Assembly (NCBI RefSeq): GCF_902652985.1
Contig: NC_047024.1
Location: 14,632,001-14,696,000 of the forward strand
From: Pecten maximus
Lineage: Eukaryota
Reading direction: 5' to 3'
DNA length: 64,000 bases
Shown: positions 38,243 to 50,897 of the stretch, in pieces
Numbering within the stretch: the stretch's first letter is position 1
How the letters are laid out: each line of letters starts with the position of its first letter
Translations under genes and position numbers: made by a program
The notes under the pieces: generated by a model
What the model saw: the letters and a program-made list of their open reading frames with translations, nothing else
The model's database searches: none
Told to the model about the DNA's origin: nothing

Positions 38243-41200
38243 ATGGCTGGAGAAGAACAAGTAGAGGTAAATGTTTTAGGTTATTCTTAATTGTTTGCTG
38301 TTGTAATATTGTATACAGCATAATGTATAACACAATGGTTACCAATAACTATTATAACATTTCAACATTGATTTTATCACTTTTTTTTTGAAAAAACCAA
38401 GGTTTTGGAAGTGTTTCACAACTTGGCTGTATTTTTATTGACAGACTTCCTCGAATTAATTACATTGTTATTTGTGATTACAAGTAAACTAGTACAGTAT
38501 TAATTTATCTTCTTGCAGTGTCCACTATGTATGGAACCTTTAGAAATTGATGACTTCAATTTTTTTCCTTGCACGTGTGGATACCAGGTGAGTCATAATA
38601 CCAAAGATAAATATTTCATATTGGTTTCGATTTGATTTAATTGTGAACTCAAATATATAGAGCATGTACGACATGTACAAATAATTCTGTTCTTTGATGT
38701 TTCAATTATGCAGTGCTACTAGTGAAATGAATAAAATCTTTTCATTTTTCTATACCATTTTATCAAAAAGTGATTGGCCAATGAGTAATATTTTATTTTG
38801 GTCAATACAGTACAATTCAAGTTTCCCAGTGATGTCATTTTTGTAAAATATCAATAGAAAGAAATAATATCTACCATTCAAAATACTTGTGCAATGAAGT
38901 CTGCAAGAGATAAGTTTTATATTTACCAACATGATCACTATGATAAATCCTAGACAATTGAAAGACATATACCATTGTAAACCTGTGTGCTGTTCTAATA
39001 TACTCATACAGAGGTTAATGGTGTTATTTATTGATGTTTCAGATTTGCAGATTCTGTTGGCATAGAATCAGAACAGATGAAAATGGATTGTGTCCCGCTT
39101 GCAGAAAGGTACATTATTAAAAAAAATTATGGTTATTCTCATACATTTTGCATGAGGAGGATGGGTAGACTTTGGTATATTCTCAAGTCTGCTCAGTAGG
39201 GATTTGTGTAGATATAGTCTGGTAACATCCTAATTCTACAGTAGAGATTTGCTTGTAAAGGAATCCAGTTGCTTTTGAAAGCTCACAAACACAATTTTCA
39301 ATTGCTGTTGGTGTTAAACATCAAATTAATACTTAACTAATTAAACTCATTCCAAACAGTGTATGAAAAAAATACTAGTAAAAACATTACCGTTTATCAT
39401 AATACAAAAGGATGATATATTTTCACTATTGACATCTTGTTCCCATTGATGAATTAAAGCAGTGTTATATTCAATCTTCAGTGAACAATTTTGTTAGAAA
39501 ACGACAATGGTTCCAAGAAGACATTTTCCTTTCTGTAGGCATTAATAGTTTCATTTTCACCCCATAACACCCAGATCTAGAGTATATTGTTGATTGTCAT
39601 AGAGGCATGGTGGTCTATTGGTAGGATGTAAGGCTATGTGGCCAAAGGGTTGCTATTTCGAGTCCTGTCACAGCTGCTGTGTGGTATCTGTGAACAAGAT
39701 ACTGTACACTGTTGTGTTTCAGTCGACTCAGCTGTAAATGAGTACTTGATAGACAGTGCAAGGAATGTTGTTTGTAAGCTGTTACCACTGAAATGGCATT
39801 TGGCTGGTTGCTAAAGGCCAAAATACCACATATAACAATCTGTGAACCACTTTGAGATGGCTGTCTTGCTGTGATGTAATTGTATATAAAACTCCAAGTT
39901 ATAATCATTATCTAAAAAAACTGAGAGAAAATATTGATGGGAAGGGCATGCTTAAATGGGTAACTGGCTGTATTGTACTACAACTAATAACTTATTTCTT
40001 TCATCCTCAGCAATATCCAGAGGATCCAGCAGTGTTCAGGCCCCTCACAGATGATGAGTAAGCATGCTTTCAATGATACAATTAATATGTCCAAGTCCCA
40101 AGTAGAAGTGGCTCGATAGATAACAGATACTGAAAGCTTTTCTATCATAATTGTAGCAGTTTTTCCATATAGAGGGTAGGCTTTGACTAAGTACTGTATC
40201 CATTATTTTGTGGAAATATTTGGTACTAAATATGACGTAACTTGTACATTTTCAGACTATTCTTATCATGGAGTATTGTCTGTGTCTTGTCTTGTCTAGT
40301 TAAAGGTAGACTTTATACTGCATTGATCAAATTATCAAATTAATTATTCGTTTAGGCTTGATCTCATAGAATGTTCTCAATATAGACTGCAAAGAATCAA
40401 AAAGGAAAGAAAGCAGAAAGACCTACAGAGGAAACAAAAAGCAGCGGAAAACAGAAAACATCTAGCAAATGTCAGGTGAGTAATTTGCTTTGCAGATGCA
40501 GTATACCTATAAATATAATTAGTTATGATTAGTTTTTATAAGCTCACCTGGCCCAAAGGGTCTGAGGGGTAGGGCCAAAAGGGATGGATTTGGTTTAATT
40601 GATATAAACAACTTCTTCTCTGGAACTAAGCAATGGATATCACTCATATACGACTGGCAGCATCCTTATGGGGTGAGGATTCTAAATTGTACAAATGGGT
40701 TGGACTTACCCCCTGGGGACCTGAGGAGCAGGGCCAGAAGGTGTCAGTTTTGCTAAATTGCTATAAACAATTAATTGTCTGATAGTAAGCGATGAATATC
40801 TATCATATTTGACTGCTAGCATCCCTAGGGGATGGCGATTTAAAAAAAACTATAAATAGTCCAGCTGACCCCCAGGGGACTGAGGGGCGAGTCTAAAGGG
40901 GGTCAATTTGGCTAAAGATATATTTATAACGACTTTTCTAAAACAAAGTTATGTACATCACTCATATTGTAGTAGGGATTCAAAATTGTACAAAAGGTTT
41001 GGCTGACCCCCTGGGGGCCTAAGGGGCGGGGCCAAAAGGGTCAATTTTGCTCTTTGGAACTAAGCAATGTATGACATTGGTATTTCAGTGGTAACATCCC
41101 CAGGAGGCTGGGATTCAAATTCATACAAGTAATGGGGCTAACACCTCCCTCCCTCCCGCCCTCCCTCCCTCCCTGGGGTCTGGGGTATTTCCCCTCCCTT

Positions 41201-44200
41201 GAAGACTTCTTTTATTTTATCTTTGAAACCATTCAGATCACCACCCCATATCATATAAAGCCTTACTGGGCATCAAGAGATGAACACAATCCTGATGTAA
41301 AAATAGGCCCAGGGGTCTTTCCCCACCCCAAGGGACTTATAGTTTCTTTAAATACAATCATGTTGGATCTTGACTTTGTTTCTGAGTTATATCTTTGAAG
41401 TAGTTAGGATCCCCACAACATAATCATACATCAACAAATTAGTTATTAGTAAATATGGAACATTAATATTTGATGTTTGCTCAAATATACCAGGTGAGCG
41501 ATACAGGCCCTCAAGGCCTCTTGTAAAGTAGAGACCAAACAGCTTTATCTAAAGATTATATGACCAATTTCTGGTGACACATGTTATATGGCATTTATGG
41601 TTCTTTATTTCAGAGTTGTTCAGAGGAACCTTGTATTTGTTGTTGGTCTTTCCAAAAAATTAGCAGAACCAGAGGTGTTAAAAAAGCATGAATATTTTGG
41701 AAAATTTGGGAAAATTCATAAAGTTGTCATCAATCAAAGTACTTCCTATGCTGGAGCACAGGTAATGTTGATGCTATGAAATACAGAACACACACTTCAA
41801 TTACCTTATTTTACATCTTTGTGCAAGATTTATATACTATTTGATATGGTATAAAATTTAATTGAATATTCAAAAGTTAAACAATTTTATGCAATATGAA
41901 CCGTCATGTCAAGTAAAGTGCTGTCTTTCACTTTTGTATGATTATAAATGTTTTCTCATTGCTGTCTATGCGTTCGTAGTCATGAATGATCTAATTTATG
42001 ACCAGCTTAGGCTGATCTTAAGATCCAAATTTGGGTCTTATGTGACTGAAACAATTATTTTTCAATAAACATGTAGCATTTCAACCTTTCTGGATTACCT
42101 CTAAATAGGTTTGAAGTCCACCTTACCATTGTCAATTGGTCTGACTACATTTGCTTTATTGGTTTAAGGGGTTACCAACTTTGTCCAAGAAATAACCTTA
42201 ACCAAATTTCATGATCAAATGGGTCAAATGTGCTAAAGTCTTGAAATATTCTTCCTGAATATCAAACACAAATGTTGCAGAAATTCTTAGTCTTGTTTTA
42301 AAAGAAATTAAAACTCATGTCAGGTCCTGTGTATAATTTTGTAGGGTCCAAGTGCTAGTGCTTATGTGACATATCATCGTTCTGATGATGCTCTTCGTGC
42401 CATCTTGGCTGTGAACAATGTACATGTTGATGGAAGGACATTGAAGGCCTCGTTGGGTACAACTAAATACTGTAGTCATTTTCTTAGGGGTGCACAATGC
42501 CCTAAGCAGGTGAGTCTTTTTCCTGATAGTATTTTAAAACAAGTATCGTAAAAAATTTTAGATGAGTTTGGAAAAAAATGTTGTGACCTAGCAGTGGGAG
42601 CAGAAGCCAGCCTAAGAGGCTACGGTGAACCTCTGGTCAGATCGAATAGGTGTATAATGAACTCTTGACTTATTTTCTGAAGCAAAATTTTGTATGATTC
42701 GAACAGATTCATCAGTATTTATTTGATTTTGTTCAAACTGACCGAAGGTTTACCGTTACTCATTTGTTGCTATGACTGACTAGTTTGCGAGTTCGAAACC
42801 TATGTGGGGCAGTTGCCAGGTACTGACTGTAGGCCGGTGGTTTTTCTCCGGGTACTCCGGCTTTCCTCCACCTCCAAAACCTGGCACGTCCTTAAATGAC
42901 CCTGGCTGTTAATAGGACGTTAAACAAAAACAAACCAAAAACTACAGTTTGTATTTTTAGGTCACCTGAGCAAAGGTGAAATGACATACTCTTAATGAGT
43001 GGAAGGTTCTTATGATGCTTTATCAAAATTGTAAATTTCATGGCCCCTGGATTTCACATTCTCCTCTGGGAGGGGCTAAATGGCATAATAATTTATATAG
43101 GAAACTCATATTTTTATTAGCGTTTGTTTCGTTTTCATTTGTAATTAGTTAAAGTTGGGTTAGCGCTATCTTTTCTCCATGACATGTTATCAGAGAATAT
43201 TTCAAGGTCAAGGCCTTGCCATGGGGTCCAAAAAAGGTCAAAAATGAAAATCTCGAATTGAGTAATTTTTCATCGCATATAAAAAAAATCATGACCCACT
43301 GGTTATCAGATGAAAAATGTCAGGGTTTTTTGCCAAAATTAAAAAAATCACCCAATACTGCACATAAAAAGGTTTCTACTCTTTATCTTTAGACATGAAG
43401 GCTTTATATTTGACACATTGATAGCATGTGTGGTTGGCTAAAAATGAAATGCTCAGAAAATTATTTATTTGGGTCACATTTTAAAGAACCTCTTATGAAG
43501 GTGTGGGTAACGTTTCAAGGTAATGTCATCAAAAATTAAACGGATACGGTTTGTTGAAAAATGTTTTCCGTCCAAAATTCAAAATTATCCAAAAATTACT
43601 ATTCAAATGATTTTCTTTCATTACTATGACACTTATACACTAGATAATTAGCTCATCTACAACATGAGTTGCTGACTGCAATATGTATGCAAATAGTAAG
43701 TTGACCTTGACCATCAAAGTTCAAGATCACAGATATCAAATGACAATCAAAGGGGCGAAACTATACTTATTTTATACAGGAACTGTTAAGAAATACATTG
43801 TAAATACATAGCAGATGGCTACATGTTTAAGACTCAGTTGACCATTAAGGCCCATAGGGCCTCTTGTAAATTTTGTGTTATAAACCTGTATGAGGTTTTG
43901 CTAGCTCACCATGTTGGAGGAAAGATAACCTGCATTGCCTTAAAATTGATTTGGAATTTAGCCTCTGAATCTTTGAAACAAGAATTTTACAATAATTGCC
44001 ATCATAGAGCTGCTGTAATCATGGATTGCTCTAGCTGACTAGCTTATTTGAAAATGTTAATATGTTATTCATTGTTATAGAATATCAAACAAACGAAAAT
44101 CTTATGGTGTAAATTTAAGCTATGTTCTTGAGAAGTGTTTTATGATAATTTGATGTTTTATGATTTCAGGATTGCATGTATTTACATGAACTAGGTGAAG

Positions 44201-47200
44201 AAGCAGCAAGCTTTACAAAAGAAGAAATGCAAGTTGGGTAAGTTCTATTTCTCGAGTAACCAGATATGATAAATCTTTGACATACATTATTAACCTGGTA
44301 CTTTGAAATAACAGTTGTATATATGATATATAATATCCCTCTGCTCACTCTTCTCATCTGTGTTATGTAAGTACTGTTGAGTCGATAACACTTGGACTTT
44401 TTCCAGTTCTTCCTTGAAGGTCATATGTCACGGCCACTTACTATTAATAGAAAATCATTTCAGCCAGTTGCTATGTAACATTCAGGTTAAGAGTCATACT
44501 CATCGTGGGACAAATTCTGACATGTCGGTACTCTTCTGTAATGAGTGGATTTCAAATGTCACTGAAAATCAAATACATATACTGGTAGTCATGGAACAGT
44601 AGCAGGTACACTACAATCTGTTGCAACTTAAAAAGAGAGAAAATATTTCTGCTTTTTACTCCCATCCACTCTCTTCATTATCTCTGTGTATATATATGTA
44701 TATATATATTTGTTTCTTTCAGCAAACATCAAGAGTATGAACAAAAACTGCTTGAATCGTTCATGAATTCCCAAAATACTGCAAACAATCATGTCACGGG
44801 AACAAACAGTAAAACCATACCAACAAGGTAAGTGATACACACAGGCTTTAATTTTCAAATCATTGGTCAAGAATGAATTTACATGTGTATTTAGCTCATT
44901 AGATTACGTTGAAAACATTCATTATTAGCTCACCTGGTCCGAAGGACCAAGGTGAGCTTATGCCATACCGTGGCGTCCGTCCGTCCGTCCGTCCGTCCGT
45001 CAACAATTGACTTATTTGACTTCTTCTTCATAACCGCTGATTGGAATTTCACCAAATTTGGTCAGAAACATCCCTATGGGTAGGGGATTCAAAATTGTAC
45101 AAATGATGGGGCTGACCCCCTGGGGGCCTCTGGGGCGGGGCCAAAAGGGGTCAATTTAGCTATTTTGATATAAATGACTTCTTCTCTGAAACCGAGCATT
45201 GGATATGGCTCATATTTGCCTGGTAGCATCACTATGTGGTGGGGATTCAAAATTGTACAAATGATGGGGCTGACCCCCCAGGGGCCTGAGGGGCGGGGCC
45301 AAATGTGGTCAATTGGGCTCTATTGATATAAACGACTTCTTCTCTGAAACTGAGCAATGGATATCGCTCATATTTGCCTGGTAGCATCACCATTGAGTGG
45401 GAACTCAAAATTGTGTAAGTGGTGGGGCTGACCCCCCGGGGCGCTGAGGGGCGGGGCCAAACAGGGTCAATTTGGCTAAATTGATATAAACAACTTCTCC
45501 TCTGAAACTAAGCAATGGATATCTCACGTATTTGCCTTGTAGCACCTACTTGGAGTAGGAATTCAAAATTGTACAAATGGTGGGGCTAACCCCCTGGGTG
45601 TCTTAGGGGCGGGGCCAAAAAGGGCCAGTTTGGCTAGATTGATATAAACGACTTCTCCTCTGAAACTAAGCAATGGATATCTCACATATTTGACTGGTAA
45701 TATCCCCTTGGGGTAGGGATTCAAAATTGTACAAATGATAGGGCTGACCCCCTGAGGGCTGAGGGGCTGGCCAGAAGGGGTCAATTTGCCTAAATTGATA
45801 TAAACAACTTCTCTGAAACTAAGCAATGGATAAATATATATCGCTCATATTCGCCTGGTAGCATCCCCTTGAGGTAGAGATTCAAAATTGTACAATTGGT
45901 GGGGCTGACCCCGGGGGGCCAAAAGGGATCAATTTGGCTAAATTGGCATTTTTAGAATTACAATAAAAACAATGTTCATGTAACCATATGAAATGCCTAT
46001 GATATATTGACATAGCAATACCAGTTGCAAATATACTTTAAGCATAGTTCTTGTTTCATATATCATGAAACCAGGTGAGCGATACAGGCCCTCTGGGCCT
46101 CTTGTTATAAAATAATATTGTATTGTTTTTGATTTGGATAAAATGAACAATTTATGTGGTTGTGAAAATTTGATCCTTGAATGGATTAATATAGTAATTG
46201 GGAATTGTCTGTGATATAAACTGTAATAAAACTTGCCATTATCATCCAATACATAAGAAGGTTATTTGAAACCATCCTAAAATTGTTTGTGTCATTAAGA
46301 TAATGTACAGGCATTTAGAGTCAGGTCTATAAAACAGTTAAATAGGTTCACAAGAGATACCTTGCTCTGTATTAATGGACAATTCAATTGTGAATTCTGC
46401 ACTTCTCTGCCATTATGATTATTATTATCCACATCTTTAAATTGTATTAAATTTGTGTTAATTTTATTGAGGTAAAATTTGGGGAATGCATACCCATGAA
46501 AATTACTAGCTTTACAGTAGCATGTGACATTTTTGTTTGGTCATAAGAACATTTATGCTCTTTAAATTCATTCGCTATTATCCTAGTTAACAATCTTCAT
46601 GTTAATGTCTCTTATTTTATTTGCTACATTTGTGATTATTTATATCTTAAAATGTTTATACTGTTTTTTCTTTTTCTTAAAGAAAAAAGGCGACTTCACC
46701 TATCCCAGTAAATCAGACACCACCTTCAGGGACGCCGCCACAACAACAGGTTTCCACACCAGAACAGATCCAACAGCAACAGACGCCTCCAAATAACACA
46801 CCGCCTCAAAATACACAACCAATCCCCAACACAGCCAACAAAGATGCTTGGCCATCACTACAGACTGGAAGTGTAAGGTCTGAACAGCGCCTAACAAATG
46901 GTAACAGACCAAACCACACCCAACAGAAACCAGACACACAGCCCATACATAACCACAACAGAGTACTTGGGTACCACAAAGCTCGCACAAAAACAGAGGC
47001 AGACATAGAAAACAAGTAAGTCCAAACAGTTTTTATCAGTACCTACATTTGTTTGAGATCAGCTCAACAGACAGAGAAATGATATATGAAAACTTTGTTT
47101 ATATGGAACTGAAGCACATAACAAAATTAAAAGACTATATGTTTTAGGTAGCAACATGACAAAACTACTTGATTCCACATGTGACAGAAACTAGTATGAA

Positions 47201-50200
47201 TTAATATTAGATTGCCATGTTATTTGATTATATGCTTTATATCATCATTCTTGCAGTGCTCTACACAGTGCAATAGACAAACCGACAGACACCTCAGTTA
47301 AATCGGATATACCAACAGTATCATCCCCACAGAGCACACCGTCCGTGGGGACAGGGTCCCCGGTGTCCCTCCCCCCAGGTTTAACTACATCAACTCTCAG
47401 CAAAGCTCCCCTTGGTGCACAACTGTCAGCGAGATTGATGGCCAACCCAGGACTGAAGCCTATACTGTTTGACAACTCTTCCCAGAGTCTTTCACTGTTT
47501 AGTAATGGCAATGGCTTTCATGGCAAACGATTCCAAAAACTACCTGTGCCTACAGTGCCAGCAGGTTTGTAAAGCATGCTTTATAACAAATATTTATGAG
47601 ATTGATCAACCTGAAAAGTTTCAATACAAAATTAACAGAACAAAACAATAAGTGATTTGCAATTATCACTGTCCTGTTATATAGACATTTTGATTTAGGT
47701 GGCTCCATGTTGCATGCATTTGTGTATGGTATTTAATCTAATAACTACCTTATTGGCTTTAAACTTTTTAAAAATTTAGCAATATGGATGTTGTCTATAA
47801 TTTAATTATCATTTAATGTTATACAAAAAAACTTTGAAGAAATTTCTGTATTGAAATTGTTGACATTACAGAAGTTCCAGAGCCAGTTTCAACCCCAGAA
47901 ATTGCAGAGTCAATTCAAGTCACAAGCTGTACCGATTGGCAAGCTGCTTTTGGGTTTGGGCCAAAAACCAGAGACTTGCCAGATGATGATTTAGGTAGGG
48001 TTATCTCCCTTGTATTGTGAGCTGTTTACAAAAGCGATCTATCAAATAGTTACTACCATACACAATCTTCTAATACCATTCAAGTTTTGCTGGTAAAATA
48101 AAAGATATGCAGAAATTCTACATTTAGATTTGCTATGGATACGACTGTTGCCAAATCATTCTTTGAAAATGCTTTATCTTGTTTGAGTAACTCATTTAAC
48201 ACTTGTCTACAAAAATAATAATTACTGTACTGATATTTTAAGCAGTAGAATGTCTAAGTAATAAGTAATTGCCCTGTTCAGGTTTTGATCCATGGGATGA
48301 GTCATCAAAAGGTTTGGCAGACTTGTTAGAGAAGGAAAATGGTATCAGCCAAACCCACAGACCAAATTATACAGATCAAAACAATCGCTCCAATCACCAA
48401 CCCCAAAGTTTGCCACCAGGCTTTTCATTAAGTCAGCTACAGCAACAACAACAGCAACAGATGCATCACCCAGCATTTCTAAGACCCGGTAAGTTGAACT
48501 GTAAATATGTCAGCTAAATTGCACAGCTTAAAATAATTTATAGGTGATTTTCAATTCTTATTTCATGAAAGTTCAAAATATTGTTTAATATATGAACATT
48601 TTATCTTAACTCAAATATAATAACATGCACTGTCATATATTTGCAAGTTATTATTGCAATGATTTATGATTTTATCTTTGTCTAAATACTATTTGCTAAT
48701 GATTTTATTTCCTCAGATATAGGAAACAATGGAATGCTAGGTTTGATACAGCCAAATATGCCTCCACCAAATTCATACCACAGTATGTTTGATGATGGAA
48801 AAGAACAAAATCATGTCAATGCTCAGGTATGTCATGAAATAATTTTTGTTTAAAATCTGCATTATCCAATAAAGATAGGAAATAAAGAAAAATGATTTTT
48901 TGAAGAAAAAAACATCAAATTTTGTTATGACAGTTTGTACTAAAATTGGTAGAAAAATATGAAAAAGTTATAGTGAGTAACAATCCTAAAAATAATGGAG
49001 TTATGCAGCTTGATCACATTATTTTGAAGCCATATCACAAATTATCATATCACTGTCGTGTCAGATAAGTTACAGCATCATTGTCATATTCTTAATTCAG
49101 CAAAGTAAATGATGAATATAAATTGTAATTAAGTATTATTGTGCTTAAATATAACTTTTATCCTGTACAGAGAGATGTGTTCAACACTAAAGATTGGCAA
49201 GATGGTCTGCGAGCGTTATTGCCAAATATAAACATTAGTTTTGGTGCAACACAGCAAGCAAATAACCCAATGTCTACACATACTTCCTTACATAGTCAAC
49301 AGCAACAAAAAAGTGAGTACACATCCATCCTACAAATTAATGCCTCTTTTTACAAGTCACTCTGGTTAAAATTGTCTTCCATTTCCTGACCGGTGGGTCT
49401 CTTTAGCCACTCACTGTACAACACTGTTGGGTCAAAAGCTGTGCACCTTCCTTGAATTGCCATAGTTGTTGATAGGACATGAATATAAAACCAAACCATT
49501 GCTGTGAAAGTTTTACAGAATTAGAAAAAAAAAAGCATAATAGTCCCATTTCAAGTGTCTTGTATTTTGTGTGAATTTTTCTACTACAATTTCTTCTGAA
49601 GGGATCACAGTTAGGTAACATCGCATGCCAGATCCTTTTTATAGCCATTTTTATGACTTTCAAATTTGAGAAATTTAAGAGAGGAAAAAAAAGAGCCATG
49701 GTAGACATCTTGGAATTTGTTTGGACATTGCTGTAATGCATCAATATTTTGTTTGTGATTTTGATGAAACTTTGTTCTTACCATTTCGGTACCTGTACAT
49801 TGTTCAACAGAAGGAGGATAATTGATCTTTGGGCAGTGTGCCCCACTGGGATCTCTTGTTCAGGAAGGTTAAAGTAAATTTTGGATTTTTAGTCTGTTGT
49901 AACAACATTATGCAAGACAAGCAAGTTATCATAAATTAACTGTAATTATGGCCATTGTTGAATATGAATGTAGTCTCTTAACATTTGTTCAATAATTGAT
50001 ATTTGCCAGGTTCAGTGTTATCTTCAGACAGTCCGCCACACTGGTTAAAATCTATTCACCAGCTCACAGACATAGAGGGAAGCCACACAAACAGCCAAAA
50101 CCACAGACTACCTTTTGTGCAACAGTTCCCCCTCAGAAGTAAGTTATAAAAACTATTAGATACCGGTATAAAGGAAGTTTTTACAGAATGTATCATTTGA

Positions 50201-50897
50201 GTATGAAATCATTGCTTGTGTATGTACATATGTATACTGCTTGTGATTCTTGTTGATCAAGTACAGTGAAAATTTCATTGATTCTGTGTGAATTTCTTAT
50301 AGATGATGTATTTCAATTCTTTAAAATCTGTGGTAACTTTTAATGCTATTATCAAAAGAAAACAATACATCAGCAGTGCAGCATTAGGGTGTGTGTAAAT
50401 GTGTATACTGTTGACTATTGTAGACACAGGCTGGCCCACACAGACACAGACCCCTCCCCCAGGCTTTCAGACATCCATCAGACCTCCCACACATCCCACA
50501 GAACCACACAAAATTTCTGAAGGTAAGTTAAACCATGCAGATGTTGCTGTGTGCCAGATTTATCTCCATTCTCAACTAAGAATTCTTCAGTAACTCAGAA
50601 GTTTGAAAATTAATCAAATTATGAGAATAAGCTACAGTGAAAGTTCCAATGGACCAGTGGTTATAGTTTGTTACATTCAAAACTTGTTATAGGTATGAAA
50701 ATAAAGAAGGTTGGGGATTAGATTTAATTTCTAAGCTGAAAATTATATAAAGCCTGTTTATGGAAAGTTTTATTGTATAAGCTATATATTGTACATGTCA
50801 TCAGAAATGTGTTACTATTTTACTTGTAAAACCTACACCAGAAGTGTTTTTTCTGTTAATGAAATGAAGTTCATTTATATTTGCAGGTTTGCAGTAG
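38243..50897 (+). CDS. CNOT4: CCR4-NOT transcription complex subunit 4 (C4C4 RING E3 ligase, RRM, C3H1 zinc finger), ~18 coding exons
   Basis: Exons 38243-38266, 38519-38587, 39043-39108, 40011-40057, 40386-40475, 41614-41761, 42345-42509, 44170-44237, 44723-44827, 46683-47015, 47257-47564, 47872-47994, 48282-48488, 48717-48826, 49171-49312, 50010-50138, 50424-50522, 50887-50897. Motifs CPLCMEPLEIDDFNFFPCTCGYQICRFCWHRIRTDENGLCPACRK, VRVVQRNLVFVVGL, YFGKFGKIHKVVIN, LKASLGTTKYC, DCMYLHELG, DWQAAFGF, DDDLGFDPW, KDWQDGLRALLPNINISFG. Confidence 0.96.
39602..39790 (+). mobile_element. Degenerate tRNA-derived CORE-SINE-like element (intronic)
   Basis: A-box-like TGGTCTATTGG, B-box-like TTCGAGTCC, followed by a CORE-like CAGTCGACTCAGCTGTAAATGAGTAC. 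Confidence 0.5.
40541..41524 (+). mobile_element. Diverged copy of the Helentron-like family with ~158-bp internal repeats (CNOT4 intron)
   Basis: AGCTCACCTGG start, degenerate units, end CAGGTGAGCGATACAGGCCCTCAAGGCCTCTTGT. Confidence 0.8.
42783..42941 (+). mobile_element. 5'-truncated tRNA-derived SINE with V-domain-like core
   Basis: B-box-like GAGTTCGAAAC, core GGTTTTTCTCCGGGTACTCCGGCTTTCCTCC, tail CCTTAAATGACCCTGGCTGTTAATAGGACGTTAAAC plus (AAAC)n. Confidence 0.7.
42957..43867 (+). mobile_element. Helentron-like non-autonomous element, homologous to 31708-32830
   Basis: TTAGGTCACCTGAG start, end CTCAGTTGACC..AGGCCCATAGGGCCTCTTGT. Confidence 0.75.
44925..46106 (+). mobile_element. Helentron/DINE-1-like element, same family as 18683-20506 (CNOT4 intron)
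   Basis: Near-identical 5' end TTAGCTCACCTGGTCCGAAGGACCAAGGTGAGCTTATGCCATACCG, (GTCC)n, 158-bp units, and identical 3' end CAGGTGAGCGATACAGGCCCTCTGGGCCTCTTGTT. Confidence 0.87.

Noticed and set aside
7233-50897. U12-type introns in genes neighbouring the minor-spliceosome factor SCNM1
   Set aside because: None of the donors I reconstructed matches RTATCCTT; all look like U2-type GT-AG.
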